A stretch of DNA of 63,627 nucleotides, counting the filler, from Planctomycetota bacterium (lineage in GTDB: Bacteria > Planctomycetota > Planctomycetia > JALXBF01), in NCBI GenBank assembly GCA_026991575.1. It is 5 parts of 4 records of this genome, joined end to end, with 100 filler letters (N's around TTAATTAATTAA, not from the genome) between each part and the next. Parts side by side here need not be neighbours in the genome. Positions count along the whole stretch, not along the records: positions 1 to 31,191 come from JALXBF010000003.1; 4 more parts are not named here. One strand, written 5' to 3'. Positions within the stretch are counted from its first letter, which is position 1; each line of letters begins with the position of its first letter. Below are positions 10,053 to 18,635 of the stretch, piece after piece. The notes beneath the pieces are model-generated. The model did not search any database. It was not told the origin of the DNA and saw only the letters and a program-made list of their open reading frames with translations. The position numbers and the translations under genes were made by a program.

Positions 10053-13000
10053 ATGACCGAGCAGAGCTGGATTGGTAGCCTGATCCGCAACCCGGTGAAG
10101 GTCGCCGTGGGCGTGCTGCTGGTAATGCTCTTCGGGTTGATCACCCTATTCACAATCCCCGTACAGCTTACGCCCGAAGTGCAAAATCCAATCGTCACTG
10201 TCTTCACGATCTGGCCCGGCGCCAGTCCACGCGAGATTGAGCGGGAAATCATCCAGGAGCAGGAAGAGCTGCTCAAGCAGGTCGAGGGCGTGCGGCGGAT
10301 GAGTTCCGAATGCTACCACTCCGCCGGCCGCGTCGTGCTTGAGTTCGAGGTTGGCACGAATATGACGGAGGCCATGCTCCGGGTAGCCATCCAGCTGCAG
10401 CAGATCATCGACTACCCGGAGGACGCGCTCGAGCCGGTGATTTACACGTCGGGGCTGGCCGATCGACCGATCGCCTGGTTCGTGCTCGGCCCGAAGCTAC
10501 CGTCCCGTGAGCAGATCGACGAGGCGAAGCGGCGCTTCCCCGAGTTGGCCGACCGACTTGAGAAGGTGCTTGCCATCACGAACCCGGAAATCGGACTGCT
10601 GCGCCTGGAGGAGTTGGTGGCGGAACACCCCGAACTGTCTTACCTGCTGCCGCCTCCGGTGGACATCACACGGCTGAGGAAATTCGTTGAGGACGTGATT
10701 GAGGCCCGGTTGGAGCGGGTGCCTGGTGTGGCGAACGCAAACGTGTTCGGTGGCCGCTTTCGGGAATTCCAGGTGCGGGTTTCCCCCGAACGACTCGCTG
10801 CCCATCGGCTTACCGTGACCGATTTGCGGAATGCTCTCCGGGTGGAGAACCAGGACATGTCGGCGGGGGACTTCTGGGAGGGCAAACGCACGTACGTCGT
10901 GCGTACCGTCGGGCAATTTCGTTCACCTGAGGACGTTGCGAATGTGATCGTTGCATACCGCAACGGCGTGCCGGTGTACGTGCGCGACGTGGCCACGGTG
11001 GGCATTGGCTATGGCAAGCCAGGTGGTATCGCACGGCGTTTTGGTCGTGAGAACATTGCCATCAACGTGGAGCGGACGACCGGGGCTAATGTGCTGGAGG
11101 TGATGGAGGAGCTGCGGAAGACTCAGGAGCAGCTCAACAAGTTCGTCCTCAATCCCCGTGGTCTGCACCTGACCATGGTCTATGACGAAACCGAATACAT
11201 CAACTCGGCGCTGGGCCTCGTCACCAACAACCTGTATCTCGCCATTGCTCTGACGGTCACCGTGCTGTTGTTGTTCCTGCGCAGTGGCCGCTCCACGCTG
11301 GTGCTCGCGCTGGCTATTCCCGTCAGCGTACTGGGTGCGTTTCTCGTCCTCGGCCTGCTGGGCAGAACGCTCAACGTCATCAGCTTGGCGGGGCTGGCCT
11401 TTGCCATCGGCATGCTCGTGGACAATGCCGTCGTGGTGTTGGAAAACATCTACCGACACCGGCAGGCCGGGCTGCCGGCGCCGGCGGCAGCGGTGAAGGG
11501 AACACGTGAGGTCTGGGGGGCGGTCCTGTCGTCGACCTTAACCACGTTGGCCGTGTTCCTGCCCGTGCTGTTTGTCAAGGAGGAGGCGGGGCAGCTGTTC
11601 CGGGACATCGCCATTGCGATTTCCAGCGCCGTAGCGCTTTCGCTCATCGTCGGTGTCACGGTCATTCCGACTGCGTCTGCGCGCCTGCTGGCCGGCGACG
11701 TGACGGCGATTGCAGGGGCTGTGACCGGCGATGGTCGGTTCCGCTCGGTCCGGTCGCTGGCCCGCAGCGCTGCGTTGCTGGTGAGCAGGGCAGTGGCGCC
11801 GTTGTACTGGTTTGCCGAACGCTTCGTGGCCGGCCTCGTTGGCCTGAACCGCTGGCTCCTTGCCGGGGTGTGGCGCCGGCTCGTTGCACTGGCTCTGGTG
11901 CTGAGCCTGTCGGTGGCAGTGAGCTATGCACTCTTTCCGCCGCTGGAGTATCTGCCCACGGGCAATCGTAACCTGATCATCGGGGTGCTTCTGCCTCCGC
12001 CCGGCTACAACCTGGCCGAGCTGCTCAAGATGGGCGAAAAGGTAGAGGAGGCGCTTCGGCCATACTGGGACGTTGACATCACGGACCCGGCGGTCTTCGA
12101 GCGCGAGTACCCACCCATCTCGGACTTCTTCTTCGTCGCGCGAGGCCGCACCGCTTTCTTCGGCGTCCGTTCAGCCGATCCGACACGTGCCCGCGACCTG
12201 CTCGATCTGGTGCAGAAAACCGTGAACATGTTTCCGGGCACCATCGGCATCGCGAGCCAGACCAGTCTGTTCCAGGGCGGCCTGGCCGGACGCAATATCG
12301 CCGTGGAGGTTACGGGCCAGGAGCTTAATGAGCTGTTCGCGGTCGCCGGCCGGATCATGGCCGAGTTGCAGCAGGTGATGCCCGGCGCACGCGCGATCCC
12401 TTCACCCGGCCTCGACGTCGCTAACCCGGAAGTGCACATCGTTCCAGATCGGGTACGGCTGGCAGAGCTAGGGCTGAACACGTTGATGCTGGGCTATACC
12501 GTCGATGCCATGATCGATGGTGCTTATGCGGACGACTACTTTGTGGGCGGCGAGAAGATTAATCTGCGCATCCTCGGCCCCACCATCTACGAAGGCAACA
12601 CGCAGGATCTTGCGCAGTTGCCGGTCGTTACACCCACCGGGCAGATCGTGCCTCTGGGCGCAGTCGCCCGCATTGAGCTGACCACCGGGCCAGAGCAGAT
12701 CAACCGGCGGGAACGCCAACGCGCGGTGACGATCAACGTCACCCCTCCCGACGACGTTGCCCTGGAGGAGGCAATGCGTCGGATCGAAGAGGACATCGTG
12801 CGCAAGCTAGAACGAGAAGGAGTTCTCGGTGAGCGGGTACAGGTCTATCTGTCCGGTACGGCAGACAAGCTGCGCCAGACGTGGCATGCCACCCGATTCA
12901 ACTTCCTGCTAGCCCTCGTGATCACGTACCTGTTGATGGCCGGGCTGTTCGAGTCGTGGTTGTACCCCTTCGTCGTGATCCTGACCGTGCCACTCGGTGC

Positions 13001-13481
13001 CGTCGGCGGTATTGTCGGCCTGAAGCTGGTTAATCTCTTCACGAATCAGCCGCTCGATGTGCTGACGATGCTCGGGTTCATCATCCTCGTAGGCACCGCG
13101 GTCAACAACGCTATTCTCATCGTTCACCAGTCCTTGAACCATATCCGCCACGAAGCGATGCCGTGGCGGGACGCGGTGCTGGAAAGCGTGCGCAATCGCA
13201 TCCGGCCGATCTTCATGACCACCTTCACCACCGTGTTCGGCCTGCTGCCGTTGGTGGTGTTTCCCGGAGCAGGCAGCGAACTGTACCGCGGACTTGGGGC
13301 CGTGGTGCTCGGCGGTTTGCTGGTCTCGGCGTTTCTGACGCTAATCGTGACGCCCACGATGCTCAGCCTGGCCTGGCAGCTGCGCGATGCGATCGGACGC
13401 TACCTGGGCGGCCGCCGCTGCGACGAGCCGACACGACCACAGGCACCGGTCTCACGGTTGCGGACTGATGCGACGGTATAA
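10053..13481 (+). CDS. RND efflux permease (AcrB/AcrD/AcrF family)
   Basis: WPGASPREIE, GMLVDNAVVVLENI, RIRPIFMTT, 12-TM pattern, SD AGGAG. Confidence 0.95.
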   Translation: MTEQSWIGSLIRNPVKVAVGVLLVMLFGLITLFTIPVQLTPEVQNPIVTVFTIWPGASPREIEREIIQEQEELLKQVEGVRRMSSECYHSAGRVVLEFEVGTNMTEAMLRVAIQLQQIIDYPEDALEPVIYTSGLADRPIAWFVLGPKLPSREQIDEAKRRFPELADRLEKVLAITNPEIGLLRLEELVAEHPELSYLLPPPVDITRLRKFVEDVIEARLERVPGVANANVFGGRFREFQVRVSPERLAAHRLTVTDLRNALRVENQDMSAGDFWEGKRTYVVRTVGQFRSPEDVANVIVAYRNGVPVYVRDVATVGIGYGKPGGIARRFGRENIAINVERTTGANVLEVMEELRKTQEQLNKFVLNPRGLHLTMVYDETEYINSALGLVTNNLYLAIALTVTVLLLFLRSGRSTLVLALAIPVSVLGAFLVLGLLGRTLNVISLAGLAFAIGMLVDNAVVVLENIYRHRQAGLPAPAAAVKGTREVWGAVLSSTLTTLAVFLPVLFVKEEAGQLFRDIAIAISSAVALSLIVGVTVIPTASARLLAGDVTAIAGAVTGDGRFRSVRSLARSAALLVSRAVAPLYWFAERFVAGLVGLNRWLLAGVWRRLVALALVLSLSVAVSYALFPPLEYLPTGNRNLIIGVLLPPPGYNLAELLKMGEKVEEALRPYWDVDITDPAVFEREYPPISDFFFVARGRTAFFGVRSADPTRARDLLDLVQKTVNMFPGTIGIASQTSLFQGGLAGRNIAVEVTGQELNELFAVAGRIMAELQQVMPGARAIPSPGLDVANPEVHIVPDRVRLAELGLNTLMLGYTVDAMIDGAYADDYFVGGEKINLRILGPTIYEGNTQDLAQLPVVTPTGQIVPLGAVARIELTTGPEQINRRERQRAVTINVTPPDDVALEEAMRRIEEDIVRKLEREGVLGERVQVYLSGTADKLRQTWHATRFNFLLALVITYLLMAGLFESWLYPFVVILTVPLGAVGGIVGLKLVNLFTNQPLDVLTMLGFIILVGTAVNNAILIVHQSLNHIRHEAMPWRDAVLESVRNRIRPIFMTTFTTVFGLLPLVVFPGAGSELYRGLGAVVLGGLLVSAFLTLIVTPTMLSLAWQLRDAIGRYLGGRRCDEPTRPQAPVSRLRTDATV

Positions 13482-13601
13482 TGCGGCAAGCGTTGCGCTA
13501 CGGTTGCCCGTCACGGCGACTGGGTTCCCTTGTACACAGCTGCAGGGGCGTCCTGGCACGCTGCCCGAGCGGTTACTGACGGACTGTGCGGAGGCATTCC
13601 G

Positions 13602-15962
13602 ATGTTGCGACGAACTGGTTTGTGGCTAGTGGTTCTCCTGTCCGGGTTTGTCGTTGCGTCCGGCTGCAGCGGTGCCGTTTCATCTAGCGCCCCTGAGCAG
13701 ACCGATTCTAACGCCGTTACCAACCCGTTGGCCGATACGTTGCCGGCTGAGCCCGAGCCGTTAGCCGTGTCCGAAGGACCAGACGCTCTGGCGGCCTCCG
13801 AAACCACGACGGAGCAAGAGGTGACAGCTGCCGACGTGCCAGCTGAACGCCCGGATTCGGAGGAGGTCGCTGGGGCAGCCCAGGAAGGCTCCGATGGGCA
13901 AGATGCCCAGGAGGGGAACCGGGCAAAAGGGGATGTGGCGGCCTCGGCGGACGTAAAGGCCGAGTTGCTGCGCAAGGCCGTGTTGGCGGCCCGTGGCGGC
14001 GACTTCGATAAGGCGCTGTCTCTGGTTCGTCAGGCCGCTAAGGCGGCGCCCGACGATCCGCAGATTCAGCTGCTGTTGGGACAGTTCCTGTTTGTCCGGG
14101 CCCGCCAGTTGCTGGCAGAGAAGGGCGACACTGAACTGGCGCATGAGGCGGCTCGGTTTGCACGAAAGCTGGCAGCAAACGTACCCGAGAATGCGCCGAA
14201 AGAGCCATATAACGATCTGCTCCAGGCCACACTGGTGTTCGAGGCGCTGGCTTATGCCCGGGAGAACAAGCCTGCGGAAGCGAAGAAGGCGTTGCGCGCA
14301 GCGGTGGAGGCAGGTTTTGGCAACGTTGCCGCCTTGAAGGCCGATCCGGAGCTGCGCGATCTGACCAAGCTCGACGGGTTCGACAAGTTTCTGGAAGAGC
14401 TGAAGACGCGGGTGGCCGCCAGACGGAAGGAGCTTCTGGCCGAGCGGCTCGCTGCTCAGAAACCGTTCCCGTTCGACTTTAGCGTGGACGATCTGGACGG
14501 CAAACCCCTTAGACTGGCCGACCTGAAGGGCAAGGTTGTCCTCGTGGATATCTGGGGCACCTGGTGTCCACCCTGTCGTGCTGAGATCCCCCATCTGATC
14601 GCGTTGTATGAGAAGTACCGTGACAAGGGCTTTGTCGTCGTCGGCCTGGCCTACGAGGGGGATGAACTGAGCAAGGAGGAGGCGACGGCGAAGGTCAAGG
14701 ACTTCGTCAAGCAGAATGCGATCACTTACCCGGTGGCCATCGGCGACCCAAAGACGCGCGACAGTATTCCTGGCTTCCAGGGCTACCCGACGCTCGTGTT
14801 CATCGGGCGAGATGGAACGGTGAAGCTGGTGCTGGTCGGCTATCAGCCGCTGGAGGAGCTGGAGCCGATCGTTGAGCATCTCCTGGCCGAGGAGCCGGAG
14901 CAGGGGGCTGTCAATCGGCCCACCGGCAAGCTGCTTGCCATGGCTAGCTTGCCGCTGCCACGTGCAGCCGTTGCCGACGAGCAGGACCAGGACGACTCGC
15001 CATCGTCCGAGGAGCTCACACGTCGCGTGCAGCAATTGTTGCGTCAGGGCAAGTTCGCTGAGGCTGTGCGTGCCGCCGCAAAGGCCCATAAGCAGGACCC
15101 GGAGAACGCGGAAATTGCTGTCCTGTACGTCCGCCTCCTGTTGCTGGAAGGCCAGCAGGCTATGCGTCAGAAAGGCCCCAAGGCGGCGCTGAAGTCGTAC
15201 ACCAGGGCTGCCCAAGTAGCAGCCGGACTGCTGGAAGAGGGGGCGGACGTCCCGCGCAACGCCCGGCTCGTGGCTCAGGTCGCCCACGTCCAGCTGGCCC
15301 TGGCGCACGCTCAAACGGGCAACAAGGACAAAGCGGCCGATGCACTCCTGAAGGCGTTCGACGCCGGTTTTACCAACCTGGACTTCATCGACTCATCGCC
15401 CGCGCTGCGCGCCCTGGCCGAGCATCCGAAGCTGGCAGACCGGATTGCGGAGCTGCGCAAGCAGGAGGAGGAACGCTGGCGTAAGGCGGCTCAGGAAGAG
15501 CTGGCTAGAGGTGCGGATTTCGATTTCGACTTCGAACTGCCGGACCTGGACGGAAACCCGGTGAAGCTCGCCGATTTCAAAGGCAAAGTCGTCATTGTCG
15601 ACATCTGGGGGACGTGGTGTCCGCCCTGCCGCCGCGAAATCCCCCATTTCATCGAACTGTACAAGAAGTACAAGGACAAGGGACTTGCGATCGTGGGCAT
15701 CAACTTCGAGCGCGTTCCCGAGGATCAGGTGGTACCAACAATTCGACGGTTCGTCGCCCAGATGGGGATCCCGTATCCGTGTGTTGTCGGCAAGCGGGAG
15801 ATCCTGCAGCAGGTGCCGAACTTCCGCGGTTTTCCGACAACGCTGTTCATCGACCGCACGGGCAAGGTCCGGGCGAAGGTGGTCGGCTACCGACCGATCG
15901 CTTTTCTGGAGGCAATGGTGCAGGCATTGCTGGCTGAACAGGTCGAGCAAGCAGCCAACTAA
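13602..15962 (+). CDS. Lipoprotein with two tandem TPR-like + TlpA thioredoxin modules
   Basis: Lipobox ASGC. Two copies of FDF...DLDGxPxxLADxKGKVVxVDIWGTWCPPC...GxPT, each preceded by a helical repeat region. SD GGAGG. Confidence 0.88.
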   Translation: MLRRTGLWLVVLLSGFVVASGCSGAVSSSAPEQTDSNAVTNPLADTLPAEPEPLAVSEGPDALAASETTTEQEVTAADVPAERPDSEEVAGAAQEGSDGQDAQEGNRAKGDVAASADVKAELLRKAVLAARGGDFDKALSLVRQAAKAAPDDPQIQLLLGQFLFVRARQLLAEKGDTELAHEAARFARKLAANVPENAPKEPYNDLLQATLVFEALAYARENKPAEAKKALRAAVEAGFGNVAALKADPELRDLTKLDGFDKFLEELKTRVAARRKELLAERLAAQKPFPFDFSVDDLDGKPLRLADLKGKVVLVDIWGTWCPPCRAEIPHLIALYEKYRDKGFVVVGLAYEGDELSKEEATAKVKDFVKQNAITYPVAIGDPKTRDSIPGFQGYPTLVFIGRDGTVKLVLVGYQPLEELEPIVEHLLAEEPEQGAVNRPTGKLLAMASLPLPRAAVADEQDQDDSPSSEELTRRVQQLLRQGKFAEAVRAAAKAHKQDPENAEIAVLYVRLLLLEGQQAMRQKGPKAALKSYTRAAQVAAGLLEEGADVPRNARLVAQVAHVQLALAHAQTGNKDKAADALLKAFDAGFTNLDFIDSSPALRALAEHPKLADRIAELRKQEEERWRKAAQEELARGADFDFDFELPDLDGNPVKLADFKGKVVIVDIWGTWCPPCRREIPHFIELYKKYKDKGLAIVGINFERVPEDQVVPTIRRFVAQMGIPYPCVVGKREILQQVPNFRGFPTTLFIDRTGKVRAKVVGYRPIAFLEAMVQALLAEQVEQAAN

Positions 15963-16000
15963 TCCGCCGATCGACCACTAGCTGCTTCGTGCGGCCGATA

Positions 16001-16033
16001 GCGGGGGCCGGTGTGCCAACGGCCCCCGCTCTT
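16001..16033 (+). terminator. GC-rich hairpin, possible intrinsic terminator
   Basis: GCGGGGGCCG-N9-CGGCCCCCGC perfect 10-bp stem about 40 nt after the stop. The U-tract is weak (TCTT). Confidence 0.55.
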
Positions 16034-16149
16034 GCTGCGCAGTCACAGCAAACTGAACGATGCGCGCTCAAGCACACCGTCCTCGCAACCGACAAATCTC
16101 ATAGAACCGACCTACGACCCGAGCCGGCAGAGAAAGCGGAGTTTGCCTG

Positions 16150-16476
16150 ATGAGCACGCTCGATACCGTCCTCGACCGCCTGATTCGTGCGCTGGCCACG
16201 GACAACGAGCAGGTTTTCTCGGTTGCCATCGACACGCTAGCCGACCTTGGTTATGCGAGCGTGCCGAAGCTCATCGAGGCGCTGTCTGCGCCGGATCGGC
16301 GCGTTCGCCTCGGGGCTATCGCAGCTCTGGCGATTATTGGGCCCGATGCCACGGCAGCGCACAGCAAACTCGCTACCCTGGCCGAGGACGAGGACGACGA
16401 AATCGCAGAAGCCGCCCGCCTCGCTCTGGCTGCGATCGCCACGGAGGACCGGGACCGAAGCCGGTTCGCTGCGTGA
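16150..16476 (+). CDS. Small HEAT-repeat protein
   Basis: LG..SVPKLIEALSAPDRRVRLGAIAALAIIGPDA and EDEDDEIAEAARLAL fit the HEAT/PBS-lyase repeat pattern. Confidence 0.8.
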   Translation: MSTLDTVLDRLIRALATDNEQVFSVAIDTLADLGYASVPKLIEALSAPDRRVRLGAIAALAIIGPDATAAHSKLATLAEDEDDEIAEAARLALAAIATEDRDRSRFAA

Positions 16477-16491
16477 CCGGTTCGGAGCCGT

Positions 16492-16854
16492 TTATTGGGA
16501 GAACAGCTGCAGCAACTTCTGGCGGGTGTCCTGCAGCAATTCCTGGGCGCGGTCCAGGCCGAGCTCTACCGCCAGGCGACGGAACTCGACCTCGAGGTTC
16601 TGCCGCGTCTTGGCCTTGGTAGCGGTCGTTGTTGCTGCTGCCGCCGCCGCGACTGGCTGCGCCTGCTCCCGCTTCTTCACGGTGCCGCGGCGATATTTGC
16701 TGCGGATCACGTGCACGTAGCTTTCTGAGAGGCTGATGCCCTGAGCCTTTGCGCGCTCTATGACCTCTTTCGCACTGAGATCCATCGGCTGCGAAAGAAT
16801 GAACTGAGCCTTGTTCACGCCCTTTTGCCTAACCTGCCGCTTCTTCTTCGCCAT
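16492..16854 (-). CDS. Small basic hypothetical protein, putative DNA-binding
   Basis: Strong SD AGGAGG, Lys/Arg-rich, HTH-like SAKEVIERAKAQGISLSESYVHVIRS, Ala/Thr linker, C-terminal amphipathic helices. Confidence 0.75.
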   Translation of the reverse strand: MAKKKRQVRQKGVNKAQFILSQPMDLSAKEVIERAKAQGISLSESYVHVIRSKYRRGTVKKREQAQPVAAAAAATTTATKAKTRQNLEVEFRRLAVELGLDRAQELLQDTRQKLLQLFSQ

Positions 16855-17443
16855 AGCTCAAGCCTCCTTCTGTTGTGCCCACCTTCTACACGTCCAATAC
16901 GCACACCTTTGCCGCGTACCGTCGGGAATTCCCTCGGGTCCCTCTCCAGTAACGACGTGCACAAGTCCGATCGGCGGCTTCCGCCACAGCCGACCCAGAA
17001 CGGGCGAGCTGACAGCCTGCGGCTTGGATAATAAGCTTACGCCGACCGCAGCTCTAAAGCAAGGGTTAGCTCGGTGTGGAATCTATCGACCCGCCGAGCA
17101 GGTTGGGCTGGAGGGAGTGCTGGCGGCGCCAAGCGGGTACGCTGCACTGGGAGCAACATGCATCGGGGCCAGCGGTAACACGCCTGAGAAGGGGCATGCC
17201 GCGGGGCGTGCAACCAGCAGCTACCCGGGAGTTATCAAATCGTCGAGGAGCTGCTGCGAATTGACCACGGCCGGGACGTCATGCGAACCGGGCGAGGGGA
17301 CCGTCGCGCCACCGCCGGCTTGCAACCCGGTGACCACACGTGGTCGATGACCCGTACACCGTCCGGGCCGCGCGCCGGACGACTCAGGTCAGCTCAAGCG
17401 CGCACAGGGCTGCGATCCATCCTGGCTCGCCCCAGCCCACCGT

Positions 17444-18361
17444 TCAGCGACCTTGCAGCGCGCCGGTGGCGGAACGCACCACCGTTTTACGCCAGCGGCG
17501 GTAGACCAACAGTGCTTCGTCCGGACCGCCGCGCACGACAACGATCCCTCCAAGTCGCACGACAGCCTGTTTCGGTTGCAGGTCGCCGAAGACGGGATCC
17601 ACATGGATACACCGATTCGGCTCGTCTCCGTTCTGAAACAACTCCGCGGCACGGTCCCAGAACGTGGCGACCGCCCAGCGTCTCGAACGGTCCATACCGC
17701 ACAGCCATGGCTCCCGGGCAGTGAGTTTGGCCAGACCACGGCCCCAGAAGCGCCACTCCGGTCGCTTTGCGTTGCTGAAGAAACCGATTGGCCGCTCGCC
17801 AGCCACGAGCCAGTGATGGCGAAGGCCACGGACGCGTTCACCCAGGCAGACCAGGCCGTCACCTCCCACAAAGTAGGTACGGCGGCCATCCGGGTCACGG
17901 AACCTGATCGACTGCTGCGGGGCATGGTCGTGCGACAAACAAACGTGGGCTACCACATGCCGCAAACGTCGGTGCGTCCGGTTCTGGATTTGCATTCGGA
18001 TCGCCAGGCCCCAGGTGGTAGGGATGAGTTTCACATCGATCGCGACGGCGCTCTTCTCGCGCGCGGTCGATCTACCGTGGACGCCACCATGAGATTCCCG
18101 AGCCCACTGCAGTGGCACACCGCTGTGATCAACCAGCAATTCCGAGGGATCAGCCAGAACCCGTTCCGGAATCCGCAGCCGCCACCGGCAGCCGATCGGG
18201 TCGGCCGCCACGTACACGGTCCGACCATGGGCAGTCGCAATGGACAACGGAATCGTCCCTTCGCCGGCCAGAGGCTTGCCCGCATGACCGACGAAGTAAA
18301 ACGACAGGCCCAGGACGATAGCAGGCAACGCGGTCGCTTGTCCAGCGGCTGCGTGTCTCAC
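17444..18361 (-). CDS. Hypothetical, probably exported beta-rich protein
   Basis: 305-aa ORF, hydrophobic N-terminus, GGAGG upstream. Function not recognised. Confidence 0.65.
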   Translation of the reverse strand: MRHAAAGQATALPAIVLGLSFYFVGHAGKPLAGEGTIPLSIATAHGRTVYVAADPIGCRWRLRIPERVLADPSELLVDHSGVPLQWARESHGGVHGRSTAREKSAVAIDVKLIPTTWGLAIRMQIQNRTHRRLRHVVAHVCLSHDHAPQQSIRFRDPDGRRTYFVGGDGLVCLGERVRGLRHHWLVAGERPIGFFSNAKRPEWRFWGRGLAKLTAREPWLCGMDRSRRWAVATFWDRAAELFQNGDEPNRCIHVDPVFGDLQPKQAVVRLGGIVVVRGGPDEALLVYRRWRKTVVRSATGALQGR

Positions 18362-18635
18362 CGAGTTCCTCCAGACCGGCTGTTGGCTAGCACCGGCTCA
18401 GTTCGTCCCGAGGACGTTCTCGCCCACTGCACCGTGCCGGACACCCTTCTCAACGCGCCGCGACTAGCCAGTGGGCCAGCTGAGGCAGTTACCACCGGCG
18501 AACCGGCCGACGGTACGGCCTGAGTACGCGGCCCGGGAGAGCAAGGAGTGCACAATGCTATCTCGAGACGCGGGGCCAGTGCCTCGGACAACGTTACTCG
18601 GGGTGCCGCGGCCGGAAGCCGGGTGGTGCTTCGGA

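Noticed and set aside
13761..15314. Long antisense ORFs (this 517-aa one, also 26028-27170, 17453-18523, 32811-33971)
   Set aside because: Shadow frames of GC-rich genes that have better-supported products on the opposite strand.
16855..17443. Long intergenic region as a possible ncRNA or tRNA
   Set aside because: No cloverleaf, known RNA motif or repeat could be identified by eye.
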